From Podarcis vaucheri (taxonomy: Eukaryota), in the NCBI GenBank assembly GCA_965113315.1, contig OZ220363.1: a stretch of DNA of 64,000 nucleotides. One strand, given 5' to 3'. The notes below the pieces were generated by a model. The model was not told where the DNA came from. It ran no database searches and saw only the letters and a program-made list of their open reading frames with translations. Both the position numbers and the translations under genes were made by a program. This document shows positions 12,716 to 43,986 of this stretch, in pieces (the first letter of the stretch is position 1; every line of letters begins with the position of its first letter).

Positions 12716-13591
12716 CCCAGCTACAGTATGATGCAGGCATGGTTGCTAGGGTCTAGATAAACATCCTTCTCTGCAGCTACACCTAAATTTTTTAACACTT
12801 GGATACTTCCCCCTTTTTTTACAGTGTTTCACTATATGGCAAAAACCTTTTTGTTTGGGCAGGTATTGTTTTATCATTTGGGTAGATTATATTAATCTCT
12901 ATTTTAGCTGCTACAACTTAGCTCTCTTTTAATTATATTGTGTTAATGTTTTAAAAAGAATTGTATTTTATTCTGGGTTTTAATTGTTAGCTGTTCTGAA
13001 TGGTGCATAGGCGCCAGTAGGGTGGGAAATTTATGTTTTATTGTATTTGTAAAATGTATCTGCTTTTCACTACTAGTAGGCCCAAAGTGTGTACAATGTC
13101 AATAAAACAACAAAATTCATAGTAATGTATCAATAAGACACACCAAGATAAACACAATCAGCATATGCAAGTAACAGTGTAGCAACCTACAACGATGTTA
13201 ACTGCACACTTCCGGATTTAAGTTCGACAAATGAGCAAGTCCAGAGGATAGCTGTCTTCCATAGTGTTTCATTTTATTGTTGAATCAATCTGATTTTGGG
13301 TAGATCTTAACTTGGTCTTCTAATGTTGGTGGACACTGAATTTTCAACAAATCCTGTGAATTGTCTATTTCAAGCATTGATGGCATGTGATGGTCTGTTA
13401 GTACTGATTAGTTTGCTTGAATTTATTTTTTCTGCTGGTTCTGATTTTAATTTTTATGGATGCATGCTTTTAGTATTCTATGGATTTGCTCACTTTCCCT
13501 ATGGTTTTCAACTTCATTTTTTAAATATTCATACATATAGTCACTCAGGTTATTTTGAGAAAGGTGACTAAAATGTAATAAACAATATATG

Positions 13592-13760
13592 CCGTATTTT
13601 TCGCTCTATAACACGCACCCGACCATAACACGCACGTAGTTTTTAGAGGAGAAAAATCCGTAGGCATGCCACCCGTAGGCATTTCCTCCATAACACGCAC
13701 AGACATTTCCCCTTACTTTCTAGGAGGAAAAAAGTGAGTGTTATGGTGCAAAAAATACGG
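13592..13760. mobile_element. Pogo/Tigger-like MITE, internally deleted relative of 47639-48009
   Basis: TIRs ccgtatttttcgctctataacac / gtgttatggtgcaaaaaatacgg; TA at the right end. Confidence 0.85.
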
Positions 13761-14334
13761 TAATTATTATGACAACACAGTTGTAAGTGAGCTTCAGCTT
13801 TTTACTTCTTTAGAGGAGAGTGGCATTTACTTCACAAATATATTTCATCTTTATTAAAGTTTACCACCTCTGTTGCCCCCCCCCCCACCTTGTGATCCCT
13901 ACAGTCATATCTGTCCAGACAGGTTTCTTTTATTATTTTAGTATATGATTTAAGATCAAGAAGAGGTTAAAACAACAACAGCTTTATTGTGTCAGTACAG
14001 CCAACATAATGCTTCTCTGCTGCATGGTAATTTGGAGGTCTGAGAAAGGGACTGTGGTTTGCAGAGCTATTATAATACAGCAAAAGCTACAACATTGCAT
14101 TGTTGGCTATTCACGAACAGTAGTCAAGTAATTCCTATAGTAGTCTTCATCCATACTTCTTCATGAAAAAGCTGATGGGAAAGGATGTGGCTGACCTGTA
14201 ACTAATTTCCAGTGGCTTATTATATTTAACATTTGGGACATAGCAATCTTCTTTTTTTATGCCTGTAATCATAGTCCTTTCTGAACTGTTTATTCTCTTC
14301 ATTGCTGTAATTTATGTGTTTGTTTTTCATATAG

Positions 14335-14400
14335 GCAACAGAAGTGTTCTAATGGGAGAACCATTCTTCTGAAGTAAAGGTTTGCTGGCTGGCTGCAGCT

Positions 14401-14404
<4 letters not shown>
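14335..14404 (+). CDS. MAP3K2: MAP3K2 exon containing 5' UTR and start (ATGG, 14401-14404)
   Basis: tttttcatatag|GCAAC...GCTATGG|gtgagt. Confidence 0.88.
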
Positions 14405-31193
<16,789 letters not shown>

Positions 31194-33997
31194 TGGCCTG
31201 CTTCAACCCAGCTGTCACCTACTGCATTTATTTTCTGACTGCACTTTTTTTTACACAAGGTTGAGAAAAGACAAGGGAGAAGTTGTTTCTCTTGATTCTT
31301 TATTTCATATAGATTGTTAATAATCTCTGCATATTTACACTGCAGATTTCGTTCCCCATTTAGGACTTAAGATCTTTTTGTTTTGGTAATGTACTGATGT
31401 GGTTCGCATAAAGCACTTTAGTACATATTCATTCCTTATTTAAGGGGGGAAAGGCAAGTTATTGGGACTGCCAGGAATTGTGTGTTAAGGTTTTTTTTCC
31501 TAGCACTACTGATTAACTCAGGATGCAGGAAAAATATACATGTTGTTAGCAGATATAGAAAAGGAAAATGTGTCCAGTTGTTCTTTGTAATATGTAGATA
31601 GATGCCCTGGGAGGTTTTGGTTGTGTTTCAGCTTTGACATGAGGCTCATCCACAGTATTGGAAACAGGTTTAAAAGCTGCAAACTCAAACTGCCGACCAA
31701 GTTGATTCTGGAAAAGAAATCTGACTAGTGCATCGCCTGCAACCAAATGTATATTTATAATTTTAAAAGAATATACAGGAGGGTTCCCTAGCTGAAGTAG
31801 TTCAAGAGTCTTTTGAGTCAAGTAGTTCTGATGTGTGAATGTTCTAGACCAGGAATCGTAGATAAACAGATTACTGTAGATCCATAAACCTTTACAGTTG
31901 AAGAACAGGCTTCACATAACGTGCCACAAGTTAGTTTGCTTAATCTGCTAAGAACCACAATGAGTTGTGCTGGACGGGGCCTCTGGTGGCCAGGGTGAAG
32001 GCTAGTTTCTCTCTTGATAATTTTCTGTTCTGCATCCTTCATGCTGTCCCAACTGGTCTGTCTGTTGCATAAAATACTTAATGAGACCCAGTCTTCCTTC
32101 CTTCCTTCCTTTATTATCATGCTTACGATGAAATTTTAAAGTACTTGAATAGGTATCAGTGACAAAATTAAGCCGTTACCATTTATGTTGATGCTAAACA
32201 GAAGTCTTTGTGTTAAGTACATTTGATTTAATAATCAAATAGTATTTGCAGAATTTGCATCATGGTGAGCCTGCAGAATTTGGCTTTCCAGGTTTTTTAT
32301 ATGGAGTGTAGACGATCCCTACTCTTTTTAAGCAAAAAGAGAAAGCAAGCGGAGTAGAAATAGATATGGAGGTTTCCATGTGCATCGCAACAATATAATT
32401 AAGTTCCGGCACACTGACCCTGATGGAGGCACAAAGAATGAGGTACCATTTTTACTGTCCTTTTTCTAAAGTGCATTTTATACCTTATCTGACTGTTAGT
32501 AATTAAAATAATTTCAGATTTGACATTAGTATCCCAAATGTGTACATTCATATTTGTACACCTGAATATAGTCTTGAAAAGAAAAGAAACCCCTTTAGAA
32601 TGCTTTAATACTTTCTGTCCCTTCAAGAAATTGGGAAAAGTTCCTGAAAGGAAATAATTCTAGTTTCCAGTGCCACAGTGTCTGTTTTCCAGAGGTGATG
32701 TTTCTTAATGCTGCTATTAAACGTTTCCTAGGGAAATTCAGTGCAGCCTGTATAAAAGCATCCTTGGCAAACCAAACATACTGCAGGTGTGCAGCTATTA
32801 CATGGACAGTGCATAGTCAGTGACACTATCTTCTATTAATAAGCTAAAAAAATGTCATAAGTCTCAACAACAATCAGATCTGGAACAATGTAATGCTATG
32901 CATGTGATACGTTGCATGCATGTATATAACGCTCCCAATACTTTAGCCACAGGTTAGAAATAAGAGTTGCAAGCCCTAACTCCTGTTTACAGTTGTAAGT
33001 GGTTAAAGCCAACAAGGGAAATTTGCAGTTGGGAGCAGGGGCACAAGAGGCTTAGAGATAATATCTGATCCTTTAGCTATGGTTAAAGGATGCAGAGCAA
33101 TATGAGAGCACTCAAAGTTTGGGAATTGAAAGTTTATTGAACAAAATTTACTCTAGGTCACACTAAGAGACTCTTGCAGTTTTCTATGAAATATAGTACC
33201 TAATGTAGAAACTATCATACTGAGTGGACTTCTAAGAATAATAATTTCTTTAGTTCTTAAAGAAGCAAATCCTTTTAATTGTGTATAAAAAAGAAATGGT
33301 CAATTTTTGCTACCAAAAAAGAAAAAAGAAGTATAATAGTCTGGTGTGATTCCAGTGATTGACTTTCCTTCTATACCATAGGTATTGATCCCTCTCTGTG
33401 GCCTACTATCTGTTGTCTTCTCCTACAGACGTGTGCTCATCTTTCTTATACACTCTTTTTCCAGTTCCTCGTAGGAAGATCCCTAAGGTTCAGATTTCTA
33501 AACTCTCATCAAACTGTAACTATGCAAATTGTGTAAAACATGCAAATCAAGTAAACATATACAAATGTGCATTGTTCGGTCCATTAATAGAATGTGGGAT
33601 GAGGCTAAGATGGAAGTATTGACTCCCCAGTCTCCAAAGTGTACCAAACTATGTTGAGCATATTTGTTCCTCCGTTGTCACTGTTTAGAATTGTTTAATA
33701 TCTAGCAGACAATCATTGCAGCCTGTAAGTGACCTCTTATAAAGTGTTGCTGCACCAGCTAAAGACTTGTTGAACTGAAAGTCTTCCTCCAGTGCAGTGA
33801 TTTGAGGAGCATGTTTAATGAACCTTCCCCTCTACAGAAAACAGTAACTAGGGTTGCAATCCTGAGCACACTCACTGGAGAATAAGCACCATTAAACAAG
33901 ACAATAGTTACTTTTGAGTAAATACGCATAGGACTGGGCCATTGGATTTGCCCCCTCCAATTTTCATCAAAATCTCACCTGCTTTTTGGCTGAGTGG

Positions 33998-34325
33998 TCA
34001 TAGAATTGTAGAGTTGGAAGGGATTCCAAGGATCATCTTCTATCCCAACCCTCTGCAATGCAGGGATCTCAACTAAATCATACATGACAGGTCGCCATCC
34101 AATCTCAGCTTGAAAACCTCCAAGGAAAGAGAGTCCACCGCCTCTAATGGAAGTCTGTTCCACTGTTGAACAGCTCTTCCTGTCAGAAAGTTTTCCTGAT
34201 GTTTAGTCAGAATCTTGTTTCTTGTAACTTGTAGCCTCTGGAGCAGAGAAAACAAGCTTGCTCCATCTTCATGTGACAGCCCTTTAGATAATTGAAAATG
34301 GATCTCGTATCTCCTCCTAGTTTTT
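33998..34325 (-). mobile_element. CR1 LINE 3' end
   Basis: tcatagaattgtagagttggaaggga tail; minus strand translates NFLTGRAVQQWNRLPLEAVDSLSLEVFKLRLD. Confidence 0.85.
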
Positions 34326-37308
34326 AACAGCTGAAAGAGTGTACACTTTTTAACATGATTCTTTGAATATCTGTTTTGAGCTGCAGAATATAAATTTGGT
34401 GCTAAAGTCACTGGCTGCCTACCCTTGCTGTTTAGCTGTGTCAAGAACAGTGTCTCTTGGTGCTTTTTATTATTGGATTGCTAATCATTTGGGATTTGTC
34501 GTATCACCTCTTGCCTTTAGAAGTCTCAGATATGTGTAAGCCATGATTGAGGAGAGGATGGAAGAGTGAATTTTTTTTAAAAAAAGCACCTAGGAAAGTT
34601 ACCAAGACTTAATCTTAAAATGTGAGGATGGAAAAATGTGCTAAAATCTAGAAATGAGGCTTGCTTTTAGGAGTCTGGATCTGCCTTAACCTGTTTATCT
34701 TTAGCTCAGCCACCTATACCATAGCTGCTGTTTTAGTGTCTGAGGCAGAGGAGGAGTGGTGATGGTTTCGGTTTTCTTTTCATCCCCACTGTTCAGGGTG
34801 GGTAGCAGTATAATCTTAGGAGAGATCCTTGTGGAAGGAAATAAAGTCAGCATTTTTTGGCTTCTTATTACACACCACTCACTTGTGGAACCTGAAGGGA
34901 GAATGTGAATCTCTGAAACTCTAAATTTTGAGCAGTTAAAAGGGGCCTAAAAATGTTAACATTACTTTATAGTGTACAGGTATGATAGTACTCATTGATT
35001 ATGTGAAGGGTAACAATGTTATTAGAGTATTAGTTGTGTAGGTACAACATAGAGCAAGTAGGACAATACCTCTTACTGGTCATTTAGGGGGAATATGCAA
35101 ACGTTTAGAGTCGTTTCAGAGCTTCAGGCATTCAGAGTTCAAATAAAATCCAAACAGAATTTGCTTTGTAGTCAGGCTTTTTGGTTATTTATCTGGGTGC
35201 AGTTCTCTAGGCCAAAGCAAGTAGATGCTACTAGCAGGCTACACAGATATGAGTTCTGCTTTTCTAGAGTTCTTTGCAATCTAAATCTTACTAGATTGGG
35301 GGGGGGGGAGCCTTATGGGTTTGGGTTATATTGCTTACTATCTGCATATTTTCCCACACCTTTTTTGTTCCTAAACAGAGCAGCTTACAGTAACCCAAAA
35401 TCTGTTTTAAAGCCGCTTTATGATCTGAAGTAGTATGCTGTTTCATCCTCTCATTTCCTTTGTTCTAAAGAACCAGAGCCTTGACAGAGGGCTAGAGGGT
35501 TCAAATTGCATCTCTGTTTATTTTGGTCTCTGAATACCTGTGCTGAAGCATGCAGTTCAAAAGTTTGCGCTATTTTAACAAGGTTACTTCTGTTACCAAA
35601 AAGTATGAGAATGGACTTCAAAAAGAATGTATGAATTGCAGCATATGAATTTTAAACTCTTCTTGAATTGTTTTAAAAGGAACTATTTGAAGCTTGGCAG
35701 CATTCAGATTCTATATTAACCCACCAGCTTGCGGTGCACAGCTTGTTTCTCTCAGCTGCAGGTCCATTTCCTTATTATGGCTAGACAAGGGTTTGGGGGA
35801 ACCTAGCAGAATAAGGTGCCTGCTTTCTGTGCCTTTCCCCCCCAGTACTGCATTTTGTCTTGACAATGGCAATGTAAAAGTGCTGCAGAGAGATAAGTAG
35901 CTCTGGAGATTTCAAAAATCTGAATTACTGTCTTTAATACCATTTAGATGACATAAATACTATCACAAACACATGCTTATATAGGAGTCCCAGTGGTTCT
36001 TTAACATTGTTGCTAGTTATTATGAAAAACACTTGTGATTTGCCCCCTAAGCAGCATGGGGAGTGGATCAAAGGTGTCTGATTCTTAATCCTTAGCAATT
36101 TTGTACTTAATGTAGTGCAAGTTTTGGATATAAGCCCTTTGCCTCACATGAATTGGTCACTGAGGTCACCAAACCAAAAAATGCAGTGAGGAATTTTAGT
36201 GAATGGCAGCAGCTCTGATGTTAAGGAGCCCAAAAGTTACCATTTTGTTTACAATTAAGACTTTGCCAAATGGGACAGCAGAGTGTTTACATGATTACTT
36301 TGTGGGTTGCTGTCTAACTGACAAAACCGCTTAGCGCTTTTTAACAACATCTACAAGAAGTGTACACTTTTATTTAGAAGAAAAGTACCGATCTCCCAGT
36401 AAGTTGCATATATCCTCCCCCATGCACTGGGGTGCATAATGAATCCTAGTGACATTGTCAGTTCATTAAATCCCCCTTTCTAGGTGTGTATTCTAAAATT
36501 CTTGTGTTCCTAGAATTCCAAAGATGCAGGGAGAATGAGGCCATGAAGCCAATAACCTTGCGTACAACTGCTATCATGTATAGGCTATTTGCAGAGAAAT
36601 TTTAAATCATGAATATTCTTCATGTTTCTTAAGGACAATTATGAGAAATTGGTCTGGGAACAGACTGTGATCAAATGATCATTCTAGGGTGAAACTAGAA
36701 ACAACAAAAAGCTGGTGAAAGGACCGTCAAAGCAAAATAAAGATTCTTCTCTCCAAACATAAGTTGCAGATCTGGCAGCAACAATTGTCAGCCATGCTAG
36801 TTGGCTTTTGTCACTGTTTTTAGCAGAATTTAGATGGCACACTGATGGCACATTTTAGCCAGTCAGAAATGACGTAATGCAATAATGCATTAGTGTCATA
36901 ACGTCTTGTATTTGGTATATCTTGAAAGTTGTCATCTTTTGGAGAAGAATTGGATGAACAAAACATTGACATGGAATCCATCCATTGTCTGTAGATTTTT
37001 GATACCTAAAATAAGTTTTTGAAAATCAGGAAACAACCCTAACATGATTTGTTGAAGTTAAAAGTAAAATGAAGTTTCACCAAAATCATGTACAGTCTAT
37101 TGGAAGCAATTTGAATCTGCAGCACAAGCTTTACGCTTTAGTCCTTAGATTTCTAAAGCGTTTTATTTTTTGTAGTTTGTTGCACTCATTTTTCAGATGC
37201 ACACCCCACGGAGTGAAACTTAACCTATTTAGTTATACAAACAACAAAAATCAAGCAGAGTGCCTTTATCTGTATGCCTTAATTTTGTTTGTTTGTATAT
37301 TAATTACA

Positions 37309-37673
37309 GGGACGCGGGTGGCGCTGTGGGTAAAAGCCTCAGCGCCTAGGGCTTGCCGATCGAAAGGTCGGCGGTTCGAATCCCCGCGGCGGGGTGCGCT
37401 CCCGCTGCTCGGTCCCAGCGCCTGCCAACCTAGCAGTTCGAAAGCACCCCCGGGTGCAAGTAGATAAATAGGTACCGCTTACCAGCGGGAAGGTAAACGG
37501 CGTTCCGTGTGCTGCACTGGCTCGCCAGATGCAGCTTTGTCACGCTGGCCACGTGACCCGGAAGTGTCTCCGGACAGCGCTGGCCCCCGGCCTATAGATG
37601 TGAGATGGGCGCACAAACCCCAGAGTCTGTCAAGACTGGCCCGTTCGGGCAGGGGTACCTTTACCTTTACCTT
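37309..37673 (+). mobile_element. Full-length, CpG-rich (young) Sauria SINE
   Basis: GGGACGCGGGTGGCGCTGTGGG head; B box GGTTCGAATCC; (ACCTTT)3 tail; 13-bp TSD tatattaattaca (37296-37308, 37674-37686). Confidence 0.93.
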
Positions 37674-38246
37674 TATATTAATTACAATAGTGGACAAGTG
37701 ATGCAGGACCAGCAAGATCAGTCTTTGAAATGTAGAAAATGGCAAATTCCCAGTTGTTACAAGTTACTTGTTCGTCTGCAGAAATTTCAGATTTAACTAC
37801 CTAGTTTCCACCACCCCCGCCAGCCAAGTTCTATACAAATACTCAGAATGCAGCCAATGTTAAGCTTGTTGAACAAACACTTAACTCTCGCCACTGGAAA
37901 TCAATAGCACTTAATTTGGTTTGACAGTGTCCTTTATTCTTAAGCTAAGTGGGAAGTAGGAAGTTCTACCACCACATTGTTCTTGTTTTTTTAAAAAATA
38001 ACCCAGGCTTTGACTCTTGCACTCTGTTCCAGAATGCATTTTTAATGCTGCAGCTGCCCTAATGTCCAGTAGTTCAGTGAGCTGCTAACAGCTGCCCTAT
38101 ATAGTCTATGATGGTACTTATTCTGAAGGAAGGTGTTAAATAGGACCTCTGGAAGATCACAGGTTCCCAGCCCTTGGCTTAAAGCATGTGACAGTATTGC
38201 TTTTGTATAGACAAATCAGATGCCGTTTCAAAGAACACATTTTCTT

Positions 38247-38252
<6 letters not shown>

Positions 38253-38297
<45 letters not shown>
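38253..38297. repeat. (TA)n microsatellite
   Basis: Direct observation. Confidence 0.95.
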
Positions 38298-38303
<6 letters not shown>

Positions 38304-41300
38304 CAAACCTTGTTCCTGCCATTGTCCAGATTTAATGCTGCATCAATGAGTCAGTTGCACTAGCAATCCTTTCAATCATCTCTGCAGCAGTGTCTGATGA
38401 CTGCTGCAGGTATTTAAGAGAGCCTGTCAGCATTCACAATATAGTTCCTTTTTTTCCTTTTTTAAAATATGTGATCTTTGGAATATATCATGCCTATGCG
38501 GGCTGGGGACAGACTTTATTTGTTTGAATGTAAGTCCTTGTGGTGGTATTGAAGTTAGCAAAGGTACTACCACCAGCATACCAGTACTTAATTGCTGGTT
38601 GGTTCCTTTTATGTATTATTGGCATGTGTGCATTTGCAAATCACTGCAAACCAAAGCTTTTCTACCCCTGTACACAGCCCAAAGTGATATTTATCTAGCT
38701 TAGAGACTGTTAATTGTTGTCCAATTTTTAAGCTTTGCTGGACATAACGACTTCCATGTGCAACCCAAGAGGCTGTGTGAGCAGAAATATTTTTAAGGGT
38801 GCCAATGAAACTGTGTGATGTAAGAGTTATGCTTAGTAGCCTCTGTGGAATTTCAAGGGCTCACTCCTGGGTTTGCAAGGTACACCAGTCCTTGTGGTGG
38901 TGGTGGGGGCAGCAAAATGTGCAGGTCCTGATAACTACCGTAACTGCAGGGGCTAATGAGTGCTTTATTGGGCATTGCCTGACTCGTGTTCAGTGTTGAT
39001 GTAAAGACAGCCCTGTTGGCGTAGCAAGGAGATTATAGTACAGCAGCAAAATTTGAAAAGTGATCCATACCTCAGGGAAAATCTTACAGGTTTTAAATGA
39101 AAGGTGGAGGTGTATATAACAACTGATCCAAAATCCGACTTTATGCAGAAGCTAGGAGAAAGATCATTTGGTATGGAAAATACTCTATTACACACTTACA
39201 TAAATTCATCTGAAACTTTCAGAAATGAAAGCCATTGGAAGAAATGTTCCTACTTAAAAAAGAAATGTGTGTTTATGCATAATGTGTTGGAAACTGGAAT
39301 TGGCTTTTACATTGCAGTGCCACGTATTTCATTTCTTCTCAGCATATACTTAATAATGCTAAATGTGTTAGATTCTACTTTGTAGATGGTGGAGGCACCC
39401 CATCAACCCATCCCTGGCTTAATCTCTTAATGGAAAAATATTCTTATGCTATCCATTGAACTGACCAGAATTGGCCTTTAGGCGAAGTATAGAGCAAATA
39501 CTCATGAAAACGTGGAGGAATCTGTCACAAGAAAAAGCTATGCCTGAAATGGTGCAGCATTCACAAGGCAGTGACCACACTGACCTTCACACTGTGTCCT
39601 GCAGATTGATATGGGAACTTCTAGGAAGAAGCTTGATAATGTGGACCTGCATCATCTGATAGAATGGTTTGATAAGCCTCAAGCCTGACTAGTCTTTTGT
39701 GTGCTGTGCTTTGCAATTGTACAATTAAATTGTACAATTAAAGCAGAAGAAATAGAATCTAGAATGTGTACAAAAGATGGGCAACATCGGTGGGTATGGT
39801 GCATCAGTTATGGTGGGCTGCTTCAGTGCGGAATAATATCTGTCAGTCGTGATTATTCATGTGGGCATAACCATTCTATTCTGGAGATTACAATTACAGA
39901 AAGAAATGGAAACATTGCGACTACCTCAAATACAAACTTTAAATACAGCAACGAGTTCATATGTAAAGACTGCCGTGCAAAAAACCCCTCTGTCCACGGA
40001 AGTTTCGTCTCTCACTACAATGCTAGAAGAATTGATTGAACCTTAAGCAGTAAAATTAGGACACAGTTTGGCTTTGATGGAATGAATCTAGGAATTGTTC
40101 TTGTGTCCTCATTCTCAAGGATAAAGAAGTTCTCTGCTTCACAAGAGGCCAGCTTGCTAAAGAAAAATAAAAGTGATTGTGAAATCGCAGGCTGAAATTG
40201 GAGCTGGACCCAGATTCTTTGTCAAATTGTGCCCTTGAAATGTCAGCGATTCTTTAACATTGCTCTGCTTCGCAGACATGTGGATGGCAGCTATGGATGC
40301 AAAAACCTCCACAGGGAGCAGCACATTTCCCAAGACACTACCTCCAGCCATTTTCATGGCAGATTTGTGAGGTCTACACGCTAGATCTGAAAGTAGGGCC
40401 TGGAAACTTGAAAAGTTCATTCTTATGATAAGGCTTTTGATGATATCCTTAAATGCTGCTGGGTGTAAGTACAAGATGGTATCAAGGCTTGCATGTAGTA
40501 CAGCTTGCCTATGCTATAAATGTGGCTTGGCACACATAGCATCATGCAGTGATTGCCAGGGCAACGGATGTGGGATCCAAAGGTGCCTTGCTTAAGCAAA
40601 TAAATAATACTTCAATCTGCATCAATCAGGGGAAGATCATATCCTGAACTATTCCCAATAACCCTGCCCCCCGAAACCAGAGTTGGTGTTAGGGGGGCCG
40701 CTGAGCACTGCGGCGCAGAAAAGGGAGCAGACGATTCTTGCTCTGTGATGGAAAACTGCTTGTAGTTCTCTGGATCAAAGCCATGGTTGGCTGATGTGAT
40801 GAAACTTGACACCAGATCGTGCAGCATAATAAAGTATCACTAGTTTGTTAATTTTGTAGAGTGAATTTTATGGAGATTTCATAAATACTTGGAATGAAAT
40901 ATGTATTTCATGTCAAAATTTGCCCTTTGTTTAAACTATGATCACCACATATTAGCAATGGAGTTTTGGATAGATTATATATATATCTTCACCTTTCATT
41001 TAAGTACTTCTGTACTCCCCCTCCACCACCCCTGGTCTAAACCACCAAAAGTTGTATTTCTGTGGTTTCAAAGTTTGCAGCTGAAGGGAAGGAGGTGAAT
41101 CTTTAGGTCAGTATAGTAGGCCAAAGTATTTCTTGTGCCATAGCAAACCAGAACATTGCAGAGTTTACGGGAGAAGTAGTCCATTTTATTCCAAATAATT
41201 CAGAACAATACTTCTCCCTTGGCTATCTTGGTTCGGTGTAAGTCAGACATGCATCCAAGTGAGCAGGACTTAAGATTTCTAAACTGCTGGTTACTGAGAA

Positions 41301-43980
41301 ACTTAGCATCAAAAGCATTTTATTCATTTATCTTGCGTATGCCAACTTTTTCTGCATTTCTAAAATAAGAGTACTTGACACAACTAATGCTATTGGAAGT
41401 AGTTGGAGTCAGGTGAAAGGGGTCTTGTATAGGAAGAAGGGTTATTTTAATATACATATATTTTAATGGATTTGACCTCCTCTCTCCTTAATAAGAAAGG
41501 AATAACTACAAAAGGTTACTGAAATTCTCTCTGGCTATTTGACTGTAATGCGTTCAAACCCTGTTGGTAAAGGATGTCTCCCTCCTGAGACCCCTCCTAG
41601 GCTGTCAGACACTGAACAAATTCACAGACTAGTTTAATATCAGAGGTTGAACTACTCACAAACTCTGTTTTTAAAAAAGATTGTCCCAGTTTTGAATACC
41701 ACCACACACCCACACACACAATGGGCACATGATCATGACCTAAAATAAAAGGTTTGTGCTTTCTTTTTGGAACAGGGTATTTAATCTGTCTAAATTTCAC
41801 GTGGCTTGCTATTTGTTAGTATCACAATTTTAAAGCTTGATAATGTTTGTCCAAAAGTGGAAACTTTATTAATTGCAACCCAAACGTGCTCAGCCTGCCA
41901 TCTGTACCTTGCACCATTTTCTTAAGAAAATGTCACTGTAAGTTATGGGGAAGAGATGTTGGTTAAAGCAGACTTTTGCTTTTAAAAAAGCTAATAATAA
42001 TAATGATAATAATGATGATGATGATGTATATCTACCCTTTGGATCTAATGTAGATTTTTTTATGCAGCTGTCAAATTCTCTATTTAATCCCTTGGTTTCT
42101 CTGTAAATGTTTTTACTCTCTGTTTGAATGCTGGGCACAGTTTGTAACGTATGTACACAACGGTGTTTTTTTCTATCAATGTTAACTTTTTTGCACATTT
42201 TTTGAAATTGTTTAATTTGTACACTGTTTTAATACTCTGACCAACTGTTATGGAGTGTATGCGGATTATGTATGTGTGCAATGTACTACTGTTTTGAATG
42301 AGGATTTTTAGATTCCGTATAAATGCGTGTCCGCTTCTGGCTTTACCTTGGTTGAGGAACTCAGGACATTAGCTTTGCTTACTAGTTCCCCCACAATAGT
42401 CCAAATCCAGCAACTTGGTTGTACCTGCAGAGCTTTGACACAGATACTGAACTCTGTGTGAATAGGGACTTCCCAGTTCACTCCATGCTATTTGGGGCAC
42501 CTGCCAGTTGACTAGTCAAATATGGTCAAGTTGACCACCATCCAACATCATGAATTCAATGTAACAGTTAACTTGGTTCTGTTTTGTAGCTAGTGCATTT
42601 CTGATTGCTTGCCCATTTTTTTTTGCTGGAAGGCTAGCCAGATTCCAAATGCTTTTTCACTGATGTGCAGAGTGCACACACCCAGCTTCTCAGAAGCATG
42701 GCGTGAACAGGAACAGGGAAGCCACTGCTTAATAGAGCTTCAAATATGTGTCAGATCCTCTGCGGAGTTTGGATTGTGGTAAATGTGTCTAAGAACTTTC
42801 CAAATATAGGGTACATAAAAATGCCTTCTATGTACTGTCTGTCCTGTTTCCCACAGACCTATTCCAGTTTCATTTCTACATGTTTTTTAAAAAATTGTTT
42901 TTTAAAGGTACTGCATTTAGTTAGATGAATATATAAAAGCTTTGAGAGATAATTTACTAGATAAATATATTTTCAGCTGGCTGATGTTCAGAAAATATTT
43001 TATTTTTTGTTTTTAACCATTCAAAATGTATTTGTATTTCCAAAATTAGACATGAATTGTATATTAAAACACTCTGGCTGGATAATGGTATGGTTTGTCT
43101 TGTAAGGTTTCTCTCTCTCTCTCTTTTTTAAGAGCTAAAAATGTTTCTGTGATACAGAGAATAATAGTACTGTTCTGAAAAGCTGAAGGCAATCTTTCAA
43201 TTTAGAGCTGCTTGAGAAAATTGAGACACAAAACCAATCTTAGAAAAGTCAGATGTTTTTATTGCCTGTTCTTTTTTGTTACATTGAATGTAATGTTTCC
43301 CGCTTTCCTTATTTTCTGGTACTGGGAAAAAATAAAGCATGTTGAAGGTACTAGCAGAATACCAAGTAATACATAAATTTGCCAGCCTAGTTCATGGCTT
43401 GAAAGATTATTTGTATGATTCTTAAGACTTGCCAACAAAAAAATTCTCATGTTGGGTAAATAGCACACTGGTGGATATAAAAAACCAACAGTTAGGAAAA
43501 GTGGTATTCTCTCTTTCTCTCTTTCTTTTTTTAAAGAGCCTACTAATAGCCTGGTATGGTGTGGTATGTTCCATTGTTCATGCACATTTTGACCTTGTCA
43601 TAGTCTCAAAAGTGTGCTTGTACAAAATGTATAAAAGCATTTTGATTTTTTTAAAACAACAACTATGTATTTACCTGTCATTTTTTTGCTGGTAAATGGC
43701 TTTTATTTTATTTGGGTTTTTTATCGATTATAAAAAGAAGCCATGTTTATATTCTGTGTTTGACCAAATTACTTCTGTTTTATGAAATTTGTATATTGGT
43801 GGTACACATCTTCGTGTAGGATGATTGTGCATGAGGACCTGCAAGAATTAATACGATGAAAGATTGGAGGTTGTTTTTTTTCTTCCAAGTTAATTCTGGA
43901 AAGGTTATGGTGCAAAGGTTTACTGGATGTAACCTTATGAGCTTATGGAATGACTATAGAGAATGGCACTTCTAAGTGTT

Positions 43981-43986
43981 AATAAA
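43981..43986 (+). terminator. MAP3K2: Candidate distal MAP3K2 poly(A) signal
   Basis: AATAAA followed by ...ccactttgttttttgtctttt downstream element. Confidence 0.55.

Noticed and set aside
37309-37390. tRNA-like A/B boxes here and at about 24250 and 26560
   Set aside because: These are SINE heads with TSDs and tails, not tRNA genes
39701-40046. Overlapping ORFs including a CKDC motif, considered as a possible viral or retrogene fragment
   Set aside because: Non-ATG starts, no second Cys pair and no recognisable homology; tBLASTx would be needed to revive it
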